In this document: positions 29,277 through 38,131 of the stretch, one piece after another
Position numbering within the stretch: the stretch's first letter is position 1
Layout: every line of letters begins with the position of its first letter
Assembly (NCBI GenBank): GCA_029288865.1
Contig: JARIGM010000023.1
Span: 3,039-67,038, forward strand
Source: Candidatus Kaiserbacteria bacterium
GTDB taxonomy: Bacteria > Patescibacteriota > Minisyncoccia > Phycocordibacterales > Phycocordibacteraceae
Direction: 5' to 3'
DNA length: 64,000 nt
The notes under the pieces: generated by a model
The model's input: only the letters and a program-made list of their open reading frames with translations
Database searches by the model: none
Told to the model about the DNA's origin: nothing
Position numbers and translations under genes: made by a program

Positions 29277-30688
29277 GACTCTATAAAAGAGAATAGCAGA
29301 CGAACGGGCTCACCTGCTGCACCTTTTGCGAGTTCGTCGCCGGGAACTGACACCATGCGCGGTGCCATGTCGATATGGGCCCATGGGCAATCGAGATCCT
29401 TCGCGAATTGCCAGAGGAACATCGCGCCAAGCGATGCGCCGCCATATCGTCCGCCTCCGCCGAGCGGATAGTTCTGGAGGTCTGCAAATGTGCCTTTCAC
29501 TTGCTCTTCAAATTCATCGCCGAGTGGCAACCGCCAAAGATAATCCCCGCTTGTTTCTCCGAGCTCGAGTAGTTGTTGGGAGAGGGCTTCGTCACGCGTC
29601 ATGAGGCCAGAGGTATGGAGGCCGAGCGCGATCATTGCGGCGCCAGTAAGGGTCGCGACATCAACAACAACGCTTGGATTCAAACGCTTCGCGTACGCGA
29701 GCGCATCGGCGAGCACGAGTCGCCCTTCAGCGTCGGTATCAGTCACTTCGACGGTCTTTCCCGAGAGTGAACGATGGATGTCTCCCGGACGGGTCGCGTT
29801 GTTGCCCGGCATGTTCTCAGCTGCAGGAATGAGGCCGATCACGTGCTTCTTGGTCTTGAGTTTCGCAGCGAGTGCGACAGCGTGTATAACCGCTGCGGCA
29901 CCGGACATGTCCATGTGCATCTCATAGATATGCGCAGATGGTTTGATATTAAGACCGCCTGAATCGAATGTGATTCCCTTTCCGGCAAGCACGATCGGCT
30001 TTCCTGCTGCTCCCTTATACTCCATCACGGTGAACGTCGGTTCTTCGGACGATCCGCTTCCGACGCCTGCGAGTAAGCCCATGCCCATTTTTTCAATCTC
30101 AGCTTTGCTGTACGTTTTTACGGTTACTGTTTCGAGACCTTTCACCGCATCCTTTGCAGCTTTTGCGAGGCCCTTCGGTGTCATACTACCGCCTGGAGTG
30201 TTGGCGAGATTGCGGCAGGCATTCACTTCTTGTCCGATGATCTGTCCGCGCTTTGCAGCTGCTTCGACAGACTTGCTCGTAGCGCCACAGAGCAGTACCT
30301 CGTCCACGACCGTCCATCCTTCTTTCGGTGCCGTCTTGAACTTCGTGAATTCAAAGTTCGCCATCTCGTAGTTCGTAGCAGCGAGCTTTGAAGTTTCTTC
30401 GGGCGTAAGGTCGGCGGTTGCCATGCCTGCAAAGAGTTCAGGGGTCGCATCAAATTGTACGGCAATCTTTCGAGCTTTGTTCGCTTTCGTTGCTTGGATG
30501 ATCGAGCGGCAGAGAATGATGAACTTCCGGCGGTTCATCTCGCTTCCCTTGCCGGTCTTGATCTCGATATATTCGATTCCGTTCTCTCGCACGACTCGCT
30601 TCCCTCCCGGCACATCCTCGCAGAAACGGATGCGGACGTATCGTGCGGGCGCTTCACTGATCGGTTTGGGAGAGAATGTGAGTTTCAT
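29264..30688 (-). CDS. pepA: leucyl aminopeptidase (M17)
   Basis: 474 aa; NTDAEGRLVLADAL signature of M17 cytosol aminopeptidases. Confidence 0.9.
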   Translation of the reverse strand: MKLTFSPKPISEAPARYVRIRFCEDVPGGKRVVRENGIEYIEIKTGKGSEMNRRKFIILCRSIIQATKANKARKIAVQFDATPELFAGMATADLTPEETSKLAATNYEMANFEFTKFKTAPKEGWTVVDEVLLCGATSKSVEAAAKRGQIIGQEVNACRNLANTPGGSMTPKGLAKAAKDAVKGLETVTVKTYSKAEIEKMGMGLLAGVGSGSSEEPTFTVMEYKGAAGKPIVLAGKGITFDSGGLNIKPSAHIYEMHMDMSGAAAVIHAVALAAKLKTKKHVIGLIPAAENMPGNNATRPGDIHRSLSGKTVEVTDTDAEGRLVLADALAYAKRLNPSVVVDVATLTGAAMIALGLHTSGLMTRDEALSQQLLELGETSGDYLWRLPLGDEFEEQVKGTFADLQNYPLGGGGRYGGASLGAMFLWQFAKDLDCPWAHIDMAPRMVSVPGDELAKGAAGEPVRLLFSFIESWKS

Positions 30689-30689
30689 A

Positions 30690-32117
30690 TTATTTTTGTG
30701 GATCTACTTTGATACCTAATTCTTTGAGTTGCTTCTCGGCAAGTGGCTTCGGTGCGTTCATCACTGCTGTCTGGCCGCCGCGTGTCATTGGGAAGGCCTG
30801 GACTTCTCGGAGGTAGGTCTCGCCGGTGAGGTTCATGAGGTTGCGTTCGACGCCGAGCGCGATGCCGCCATGAGGAGGAGCGCCGTATTTGAATGCTTCG
30901 ATCATGTGACCGACACTATCCTTTGTTTCTTGTTCGCTATAGCCCATCACCTTGTATGTCGCTTCGAGAATCTCAGGGCGATGCGCGCGGATACTGCCAC
31001 CGCCTGATTCGTATCCGTTGCAGACGAGATCGTACTGTGTGGTGAGGATCTGCTCAATGTTCTCACCTTTCATGAGCCAGTCGAGGTGCTCCGGAATCGG
31101 CATGGAGAATGGGTTGTGAGTAAAGGTCCACTTGCCGTCGTCAGTCTTTTCGAAGAATGGAAAGTTCACGACCCATGCGTATGCGAGGATGCCCTGCTCC
31201 TTCTCTTCCTCAGTTCGGAGATCGAATTTGTCTGCGCCATATTTCTCCATCGCATCTTTGTATGAAATGCGCGGGAATGGCTTTTGTTTGATCGTGAAGC
31301 CCATGTCTTCGACAGTCTTAGTCACCATCTGTTCGACAGTGTTCATGACATCCTCCATCTTTACGAATGACATCTCAATATCGATCTGCGTATGTTCGAA
31401 GCCACGATCTGCACGGAGATCTTCATCGCGAACAGCGCGAGCGGTTTGGAAGTAGCGCTCAAAGCCTGCCGTCATGAGGAGCTGCTTGTACTGCTGCGGC
31501 GACTGAGGAAGCGCGTAGAATTTTCCGGGATTAAGTCGAGATGGAACCACGAAGTCGCGTGAGCCTTCTGGTGTTGATTCGGTAAGAAGCGGCGTTTCGA
31601 TTTCTGCGAATCCGTTACCGAACAAGAATTCACGACAGCGACGAACGAACTCGCTTCTCATGCGAATGTTCTTGGTCATGCGCTCTGATCGAAGATCGAG
31701 GTAGCGATAGTTAAGACGGACGTTCTCATCGATCTCGCGCGTATCGCCGCTGATGTCGAATGGAATTGGCTCCGCAACTGAAAGCACTTCTATACTCTTA
31801 ATCTCAAGCTCGATGTTGCCGTTTTGCTTGTCTGCCTGGACGTTTTTCTCAGGACGCTGGTTCACGATTCCCGAAACGGTCACGACGAACTCGTTACGAA
31901 CTTCTTTTGCTGCTGTCATTAAGGCCTCAGCTTCTTCATCTTTTCCGGGGAGCACGACACCCTGCACGACGCCGGTGCGGTCACGGAAATCAAAGAAAAC
32001 CAGCTTGCCCTGGTCGCGGCGCACGTCTACCCATCCGGAAATGGAGACGGTCTCGCCCACGTGCTGGCCCAGTTCACCGATAAGGATACGTTCAGTCATA
32101 TAGGTATAAAATACCAC
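30690..32117 (-). CDS. aspS: aspartyl-tRNA synthetase, short form lacking GAD insertion
   Basis: 475 aa; class II motifs (GGGSIRAHRPE, GAPPHGGIALGVERN); N-terminal OB anticodon-binding domain; the length is consistent with a non-discriminating or archaeal-type enzyme. Confidence 0.9.
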   Translation of the reverse strand: MVFYTYMTERILIGELGQHVGETVSISGWVDVRRDQGKLVFFDFRDRTGVVQGVVLPGKDEEAEALMTAAKEVRNEFVVTVSGIVNQRPEKNVQADKQNGNIELEIKSIEVLSVAEPIPFDISGDTREIDENVRLNYRYLDLRSERMTKNIRMRSEFVRRCREFLFGNGFAEIETPLLTESTPEGSRDFVVPSRLNPGKFYALPQSPQQYKQLLMTAGFERYFQTARAVRDEDLRADRGFEHTQIDIEMSFVKMEDVMNTVEQMVTKTVEDMGFTIKQKPFPRISYKDAMEKYGADKFDLRTEEEKEQGILAYAWVVNFPFFEKTDDGKWTFTHNPFSMPIPEHLDWLMKGENIEQILTTQYDLVCNGYESGGGSIRAHRPEILEATYKVMGYSEQETKDSVGHMIEAFKYGAPPHGGIALGVERNLMNLTGETYLREVQAFPMTRGGQTAVMNAPKPLAEKQLKELGIKVDPQK

Positions 32118-32172
32118 GCTTCAGCGAAGTATGCCTGGTCCACACGGCTCACGGGTTAGATCAATAAAACAT

Positions 32173-32208
32173 TGACAATTATTTAGTATGGTGTATTATA
32201 TACTTACC
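32173..32208 (+). promoter_or_regulatory. near-consensus sigma70 promoter (TTGACA-N17-ATTATA/TATATA) for the small ORF 32228..32449
   Basis: Seen directly; followed by a GGGAGG RBS 7 nt before a TTG start. Confidence 0.5.
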
Positions 32209-32227
32209 TGAACATTGGGAGGTTACA

Positions 32228-32449
32228 TTGAACGTTTACACATCGAATTCGATTTACGAGGTCTTGTTCCTCAAGACCCAAGTCCAAGTCACTCGAATCG
32301 CTGAACGGCAAAAGGGTTCCAAAGTGAGCCTGGACAACGTGATGCGTGGCATCGGTCTGGTGTGTGCCATCGAGCGACCGATGCAACTCATCGGCGAAAA
32401 CGGCCAGGTCATCTTCACATCAAGTGCAGTTCGGATGATGAAGGGTTAA
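32228..32449 (+). CDS. small protein of unknown function (73 aa)
   Basis: TTG start with a strong RBS and consensus promoter, and its own terminator; isolated on the plus strand between aspS and trpS. Confidence 0.45.
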   Translation: MNVYTSNSIYEVLFLKTQVQVTRIAERQKGSKVSLDNVMRGIGLVCAIERPMQLIGENGQVIFTSSAVRMMKG

Positions 32450-32477
32450 GCACATTCGATTCCGACAAGTGACCAAT

Positions 32478-32519
32478 AAGAGACGCATGACCCAGAGGTC
32501 CGGCGTCTCTTTTATTTTA
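32478..32519 (+). terminator. rho-independent terminator
   Basis: AAGAGACGC...GCGTCTCT stem with an inner GACC/GGTC hairpin, then TTTATTTTA. Confidence 0.5.
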
Positions 32520-32567
32520 TACGTTATGAACCTTAGTGGATTTGTTTGCGCGAAACCCCCTCGTTAT

Positions 32568-33536
32568 CTAGCGAACGCCGATAGCCTTATGCACGGCTTC
32601 CATCTTCGCTTCAGATGCTTTTCGAGCCTGCTGGCCTCCCTTTTCGAGAATTGCCATGATCTCGTTTGGGTTCTGCATCAGCGCTTCGTATCGTTCGCGC
32701 ATCGGAGCGATGAATGTCTCGAGATCTTCGACGAGCGCGTCCTTGAGAGCTTTGTACTTGCCCTTGTGCTCTTCGTAGAGCGGTGCGAGTTCGGCTTCGG
32801 ACTTGAGGAGCTTATGGATCGCATACACGTTTTCAGGGCGTTCACCCGATGAGTCCGTAACGATGCTCATCACCTTCTCCACGATGGTGTCACGAGACGC
32901 GAAAAGCGGAATCACATTGCCGTAGCTCTTGCTCATCTTCTGGCCGTCCGTGCCTGGCACGACGGCAACATCGGGCATAATGTGTTCCTTCGGAAGCGTG
33001 AAGGTATCGCCCGATTCGGTGGCAAAGATGCGATTGAATTTCTCTGCGGTGTCGCGTGCGTACTCGATATGCTGCTTTTGGTCTTGACCAACTGGCACGA
33101 TCGCCGTGTCGTAGAGAAGGATGTCGGCGGCCATGAGCATCGGATAATTAAAGGTGCCGACGCTAATCTCCTTACTCTTTGCTTCTGCATCCTTAAATGC
33201 GTGTGCACGCATCAGGTATGGCATGGTGGTGATAGTATCGAAAATCCATGCGAGCTCAGTATGTGCGGGCACGTCTGATTGCTTGAAGAGCACGAGCTGC
33301 TCAGGATCGAGCCCAACGGCAATATATGCTGCTGCGAGCTCAAGTGTGCGCTCACGCATTCCCTTCGCGTCCTGCATGGTGTTGAGCGCGTGATAATCCG
33401 CGATCATGATGAAGCACTGGTATTCGCCGGACTTGAACAGGTCCACCTGCTGCTTCATGGCCCCGAAATAGTTGCCGATATGAAGGTCGCCGGTCGGCTT
33501 GATGCCCGAGAGGAGGATAGGTTTCTGGTCGTTCAT
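32568..33536 (-). CDS. trpS: tryptophanyl-tRNA synthetase
   Basis: 322 aa; class I HIGH-like (GDLHIGNY) and KMSKS motifs; a length typical of TrpRS. Confidence 0.9.
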   Translation of the reverse strand: MNDQKPILLSGIKPTGDLHIGNYFGAMKQQVDLFKSGEYQCFIMIADYHALNTMQDAKGMRERTLELAAAYIAVGLDPEQLVLFKQSDVPAHTELAWIFDTITTMPYLMRAHAFKDAEAKSKEISVGTFNYPMLMAADILLYDTAIVPVGQDQKQHIEYARDTAEKFNRIFATESGDTFTLPKEHIMPDVAVVPGTDGQKMSKSYGNVIPLFASRDTIVEKVMSIVTDSSGERPENVYAIHKLLKSEAELAPLYEEHKGKYKALKDALVEDLETFIAPMRERYEALMQNPNEIMAILEKGGQQARKASEAKMEAVHKAIGVR

Positions 33537-33624
33537 GCCTCTACGATACCATGAACCGAGTCTTGAGAGAAAGCGTTTTTAGTGGTATGGTGCGGAGACG
33601 TATGAATATGATTGGAGGCGGAAC

Positions 33625-34158
33625 ATGCGTATTGAGAAAGTAAGTTCTTTAAGCGAAAGTCACAAAGAATGGCTGCTGGGCTCTGCGCTCTATGCGCAAA
33701 GACACGGTGTCAATCATCGTGGTTTCAAAGTCGGCGTCAGCATGTTGCTGGAGCATGGGCACGGGCAGCAATCGATGCTGTCCGGCTCCAACTTCAAGCC
33801 CTGTCCGGGTTCAAAAGGTCCTCGGATATGCGCAGAAATGCGCGTGATCGATTCCTACCAATTGCTGAATCCCCGAAGGACCCGAGTTAAGGCGCTCGGG
33901 ATTTCGGCTCCTTATCAGGTTGACGACGAACTCGGCATCGATATGGAAGGTACATTACCGCCTTGCAAGCATTGTCGGCCGTTGCTTCGGCAGCTCGTCG
34001 AAAAGGGTGCATTGTCCTCCGCGACGCCAATCGTCAGTATGGTCGTAGAGGAACCTTCCTTCGAGCTGCAATGGCAAGTGGTTCACAGAAACGTAAGGCC
34101 GGTCGAATACACGCTCGGCGAGTTCCTGGAGAAATTTAACTGCGTCCCCTCCTCCTAA
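33625..34158 (+). CDS. cytidine/deoxycytidylate deaminase-fold protein (CDA-like)
   Basis: 177 aa; CAE (CAEMRVI) and PCxxC (PPCKHCRPLL) zinc-binding motifs at the right spacing for the tetrameric cytidine deaminase family; GGAGG RBS. Confidence 0.55.
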   Translation: MRIEKVSSLSESHKEWLLGSALYAQRHGVNHRGFKVGVSMLLEHGHGQQSMLSGSNFKPCPGSKGPRICAEMRVIDSYQLLNPRRTRVKALGISAPYQVDDELGIDMEGTLPPCKHCRPLLRQLVEKGALSSATPIVSMVVEEPSFELQWQVVHRNVRPVEYTLGEFLEKFNCVPSS

Positions 34159-34175
34159 ATGGGATGGATGGCGAT

Positions 34176-34211
34176 AAAAAAAGCGAGGCTTACACCTCGC
34201 TTTCTTTTTTG
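34176..34211. terminator. bidirectional rho-independent terminator (A-run, AAGCGAGG-loop-CCTCGCTT, T-run)
   Basis: Seen directly; ends the plus-strand deaminase gene and abuts the 3' end of the minus-strand tRNA-Tyr. Confidence 0.6.
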
Positions 34212-34295
34212 TGCGCCGGGAAGGATTTGAACCTTCGTAGGACATTGTCCGCGAGATTTACAGTCTCGTGCGATTGACCACTCCGCCACCGACGC
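34212..34295 (-). tRNA. tRNA-Tyr (anticodon GTA), type II with long variable arm
   Basis: Manual fold: acceptor GCGUCGG/CCGGCGC (one G-U), D arm GCGG...UCGC, anticodon stem CGAGA/UCUCG with loop CUGUAAA, long variable arm, T arm GAAGG-UUCAAAU-CCUUC, discriminator A; CCA not encoded. Confidence 0.8.
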
Positions 34296-34896
34296 ATTTT
34301 TGACTATATTCACCTATCCATTTAAGTATAAGCTGTAATAACTTTTTATCACAATATCGCACATGTACAAGCCCATATGGCATGCGTGGTCCCCGGGCCG
34401 TCACGGCAGCTTGTTTTATATAGGGTTTCGTAAACTGCTCGAGAGGTATATTCAATAGATTGCTCCAATAACTATGCAAGGCTCCGATATCTTGTCCCTC
34501 ATAACAATATAAGGATGCTCGAAGCCGGTTCTGATTAACCCCACAAATCTTGTTCAGAAATTCGCAGAATAATAGGGCCATCTCAGGGTCCGAATTGGCA
34601 AAATCTATTGAGGAGCCAATTTTGTATCCCTCAGCCCAATAAAGCATCACACCTGCAAGTTTCAATTGCTCTTCCAGTGGCGAAAGATGTTCCTTTATCT
34701 GAAAAGATAACGTTGCATTCTCATAACGTATACGATTCGCTTCTTTACGGCTTCTTCGTTGAATTCCCTGATGTCGGAGAGAATAAAAAGTTGCGTTTAA
34801 GGAAACGTTAAAATGATCCGCTATTTGTTGAGCGCTTAATCCTTCGCGATAGAGTCTTCCTGCTTCGATTTGTTGTTCCACTGTAAGCGTAGCCAC
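34258..34896 (-). CDS. HTH + LAGLIDADG-like homing-endonuclease-type protein (low GC); 3' end overlaps tRNA-Tyr
   Basis: 212 aa; N-terminal HTH (LSAQQIADHFNVSLNATFYSL); MLYWAEGYKIGSS resembles a LAGLIDADG motif; GTG start; about 42% GC versus about 55% in flanking genes; the last 12 or so codons lie inside the tRNA. Confidence 0.4.
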   Translation of the reverse strand: MATLTVEQQIEAGRLYREGLSAQQIADHFNVSLNATFYSLRHQGIQRRSRKEANRIRYENATLSFQIKEHLSPLEEQLKLAGVMLYWAEGYKIGSSIDFANSDPEMALLFCEFLNKICGVNQNRLRASLYCYEGQDIGALHSYWSNLLNIPLEQFTKPYIKQAAVTARGPRMPYGLVHVRYCDKKLLQLILKWIGEYSQKCVGGGVVNRTRL

Positions 34897-34961
34897 GTTG
34901 CTACTGTATCAAAAGGAGTTCAAGGAAAACTGAAGAAAAAATCAAATAATTATGAAATTTT

Positions 34962-36224
34962 TTACATCTTTGCTTTGGCTGGAGCAGCGAGCACGATCAT
35001 CTGCTTTCCACGGCGCAGGAGCGCCAGACCATTCTCGAAGTGCGAGTCTTCAAGCTTTGCATCTGGATTCTCGATGCGTACATCATTTATAGACACGCCG
35101 TTTCCACTTATGAGGCGACGCGCATCGGCCTTCGAGCTCGCAAGACCAGTATCGGTGAGCAGATCCACGACGCTATACCCGTTAGTAAGCTGCTCCGCAG
35201 AAATTGCATGGCTTGGTGCTTCGCGTAAAAGGAGTGCCGCTTCTTCCTTGGTGAGATCCGCAAGAGCCTTGCCACCGAAGAGCACGGCTGAAACTGATGC
35301 GGCGCTATCTGCAGCTGCCTTGCCGTGCACGATCGTGGTGACGGAATGCGCGAGCATTCGCTGAGCATCTCGCTTCCCTGGCTGCCGCTTATGAAGCTCC
35401 ATGAGCGCATCAATCTCGAACGGGCTCATGAACGTATAAAACTTAAGGTATTGACCCACCTTCTCGTCCGGCTGGTTAAGCCAGAACTGATAGAAGGCAT
35501 ATGGCGAGGTCTTCTTTGTGTCGAGCCAGACGGCGTTTCCTTCGGACTTGCCGAACTTCTTGCCGTTGGCGTCGGTCACAAGCGGACATGTGAGCGCAAA
35601 CGCTTCTTTGCCGAGCTTGCGGCGGATGAGTTCAACACCTGAGAGGATGTTGGTCCATTGATCTGATGCGCCGAGCTGCAGGTCCGTGCCGTATTTCTGG
35701 TTGAGGACGAGGTAGTCGTATCCCTGGAGGAGCGAGTATGCGAATTCGGTGTACGAGATGCTGTCGTCCGGATTCTCAAGACGGCGACGGATGATGTCAC
35801 GCTTCACGAGTTCGTTTACGGTGAAGTGCTTGCCGATATCGCGGAGGAAGTCCACCAATTTCACCTTCAAGAGCCAATCCGCGTTATTCACGAGCGTGAC
35901 CTTGCTGCCGATGATCGCCTGCATCTGCGCGCGCAAGGCTTTCGCGTTTCGATCCACGATCTTCTTGTCGGCAAGCTGGCGTTCTCCTGATTCGCGTGGA
36001 TCGCCGATCATGCCGGTGCCGCCACCCACGAGGAGGATGATGCGATGTCCCGCATCCGCAAGACGCTTCATCAGGAGTATTACAACCAAGTTTCCTGCCT
36101 GCATCGAATCAGCGCTCGGGTCCACGCCGAGATAGACGGTGCGTTTCTTTGAAAAGATTGTTTCCAATTCAGCCGAATGATGTTCGATCAGGCCGCGTGC
36201 CTGCAGGTCTTTTATTAGGTCCAT
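34962..36224 (-). CDS. tyrS: tyrosyl-tRNA synthetase with C-terminal S4 domain
   Basis: Class I motifs and KFGKS (KMSKS-equivalent); start placed at the internal MDLIKDLQARGLIEH Met to avoid an 89-bp overlap with the upstream gene. Confidence 0.9.
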   Translation of the reverse strand: MDLIKDLQARGLIEHHSAELETIFSKKRTVYLGVDPSADSMQAGNLVVILLMKRLADAGHRIILLVGGGTGMIGDPRESGERQLADKKIVDRNAKALRAQMQAIIGSKVTLVNNADWLLKVKLVDFLRDIGKHFTVNELVKRDIIRRRLENPDDSISYTEFAYSLLQGYDYLVLNQKYGTDLQLGASDQWTNILSGVELIRRKLGKEAFALTCPLVTDANGKKFGKSEGNAVWLDTKKTSPYAFYQFWLNQPDEKVGQYLKFYTFMSPFEIDALMELHKRQPGKRDAQRMLAHSVTTIVHGKAAADSAASVSAVLFGGKALADLTKEEAALLLREAPSHAISAEQLTNGYSVVDLLTDTGLASSKADARRLISGNGVSINDVRIENPDAKLEDSHFENGLALLRRGKQMIVLAAPAKAKM

Positions 36225-36237
36225 ATCCTCGAGTATA

Positions 36238-37281
36238 TCATTTGCCCTTAGGGGCAATGGTCTGCATATACCACTCAACTTGAGCTTGGAGCCCATCTTC
36301 GAGCTCGACTTTCGGATCGTATCCAAACGTATCCCGCATCTTTGCTATGTTAGCACCCGTCTCGAGAACATCTCCGGGGCGCCGAGGCGTGCGTACGATT
36401 TCGGCTTTCTTGCCCATGATCTTTTCAATGAGTGTGATGCCCTCCCCTGTCGTCATGGTCTTATCAGTTCCGAGATTGAATATCTGACCGATCGCCTTAT
36501 CAAGATTCTTGAGTACGAGTACGCATCCCTCGATAATGTCGTGGATGAATGTATAACTGCGTACGTGATGCTCAGAGCCCTCGTGGAGATGCAATGGATT
36601 ACCCTCTGAGATCGCCTTTATGAGCTTGTGATAAAGCTTGTCTGGGCGCTCGCGTGGACCGTATACGGAAAAGAATCGGAGCACCACGATAGGCATGCCA
36701 CTCTCACGGTGCTGCGCGAGCGCGAGTTGTTCGGCAGCTAACTTCGTGACTCCGTAATGCGAGATCGGTTGGGGCGTCGATGTCTCGTCTCCGGTTGCGC
36801 GAGCACCATAGACCGAGGATGTAGAAGCATGGATGAACGCTTTAAGGGAAGGGATTTTCTTAGCTGCTTCGATCAAACGATGAGTCGCTAGAAGGTTATC
36901 GTGCAAATAAGTATCAAACGGTGTTGCCGCAGAAATGCCTGGTTGCGCAGCGAGATGGAAGATGACATCTACGTCAGTAAGCAGGTGTTCATACTGCCCC
37001 GTCGCGAGATCTATGTCGTAGACTTTCGCTCCGGTAGATTCCACTTCGCGGGCGTTTATCTTCTTGAGTTTAGGATCGTAATACGGCTTGAATGCATCGA
37101 TGCCGATCACGTCGTGACCTTCAGAGATAAGTCGTTCCGCGAGGTGAGAACCAATCGCGCCAGCAATGCCCGTGATGAGTATTTTCACGAGAAAATCGTA
37201 CCATAAAAACAGGCGAATCTGAAGATTTGACAAAAACTCAAAAGTTGCTAGGGTTAATTTATGACACCACGTCATATGCAC
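36238..37281 (-). CDS. NAD-dependent epimerase/dehydratase (extended SDR)
   Basis: TGIAGAIGSHL Rossmann motif, YxxxK region; the true start may be the GTG at 37188 (VKILITG). Confidence 0.85.
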   Translation of the reverse strand: MHMTWCHKLTLATFEFLSNLQIRLFLWYDFLVKILITGIAGAIGSHLAERLISEGHDVIGIDAFKPYYDPKLKKINAREVESTGAKVYDIDLATGQYEHLLTDVDVIFHLAAQPGISAATPFDTYLHDNLLATHRLIEAAKKIPSLKAFIHASTSSVYGARATGDETSTPQPISHYGVTKLAAEQLALAQHRESGMPIVVLRFFSVYGPRERPDKLYHKLIKAISEGNPLHLHEGSEHHVRSYTFIHDIIEGCVLVLKNLDKAIGQIFNLGTDKTMTTGEGITLIEKIMGKKAEIVRTPRRPGDVLETGANIAKMRDTFGYDPKVELEDGLQAQVEWYMQTIAPKGK

Positions 37282-37461
37282 AACCAGGGCTTCAATATCG
37301 CCGGGACCAAATCCTGCCTTATTCGAGCTGTTTGTGCATAGCCGCGACTTTTCTCTCTAGATTCTTTTAGAAACGCCCCGGCTCTGCAGAAGCCGGGTTT
37401 TCTCGTTTTGCAGAGCCGCGTGATCGCGCGTTCTTTCACAACTCATAATGGAGGTCCTTTT

Positions 37462-38088
37462 ATGGACTTTAATATCTTCCGTCACATGGATAATGTGGCT
37501 CTTGCAATCCCGGAACCGCAGCACGTGCCTCTCCTCGTGCAGTGGATCAATAATCCCGAGGTGACACAATTTCTAACAGCGAGACGTCCTATCTCGACAG
37601 ACTCAGAACGGCGGTTCGTCCAATCTCTCGCGGATAAAGAGGAAGATATAGTCTTCCTGATCCTTGTCCGAGCGGATGAGAAAGCTGAGTGGGCCCCCAT
37701 CGGAGTCATGGGCGCTCACCATATCGATGACTTCAATAAACGTGCTAATACCGGCGCATTTATCGGAGACGTCTCATTTCAAGGCAAGGGATACGGCGTG
37801 ATTGCCAAGTATCTGATGCTCAGATATCTCTTCGAATGGTTTGGGCTCAGAATCGTAACGACTCGGATCCAAGGCACTAATGAGCGCAGTATTAAATATA
37901 ACGAACGCTGCGGATATGAGATGTGCGGGGTCATCAAGGAGTACACCTGGCATGCAGGAATGTGGCATGACGAGGTGATCCTCGCTGTGACGCGAGAGCG
38001 TTTCGCGAAGCTCTGGGATTTCTATCAAGAGCACAAGCGTATCGCTACACGAGAAGAAGCCAAAGAACTGCTCGCTCAAAAAGTGTAA
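37462..38088 (+). CDS. GNAT-family N-acetyltransferase (RimJ/RimL-like)
   Basis: 208 aa from the internal ATG with a GGAGG RBS; acetyl-CoA binding region (TGAFIGDVSFQGKGYG). Confidence 0.8.
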   Translation: MDFNIFRHMDNVALAIPEPQHVPLLVQWINNPEVTQFLTARRPISTDSERRFVQSLADKEEDIVFLILVRADEKAEWAPIGVMGAHHIDDFNKRANTGAFIGDVSFQGKGYGVIAKYLMLRYLFEWFGLRIVTTRIQGTNERSIKYNERCGYEMCGVIKEYTWHAGMWHDEVILAVTRERFAKLWDFYQEHKRIATREEAKELLAQKV

Positions 38089-38103
38089 GTACCTTCAAAC
38101 TTG

Positions 38104-38130
38104 AAACCGCCCAAAGGCGGTTTCTTCTTG
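38104..38130 (+). terminator. rho-independent terminator between GNAT (+) and sensor kinase (-)
   Basis: AAACCGCC-CAAA-GGCGGTTT hairpin followed by TCTTCTTG. Confidence 0.55.
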
Positions 38131-38131
38131 C

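Noticed and set aside
33625-34158. Deaminase as a polymorphic-toxin (DddA-like) domain
   Set aside because: Motif spacing matches housekeeping tetrameric CDA. There is no delivery domain and no immunity partner, and the gene is outside the RHS island.
36225-36326. Long N-terminal extension of tyrS (start at 36326)
   Set aside because: It would overlap the upstream epimerase gene by 89 bp. The internal Met gives a canonical TyrRS N-terminus.
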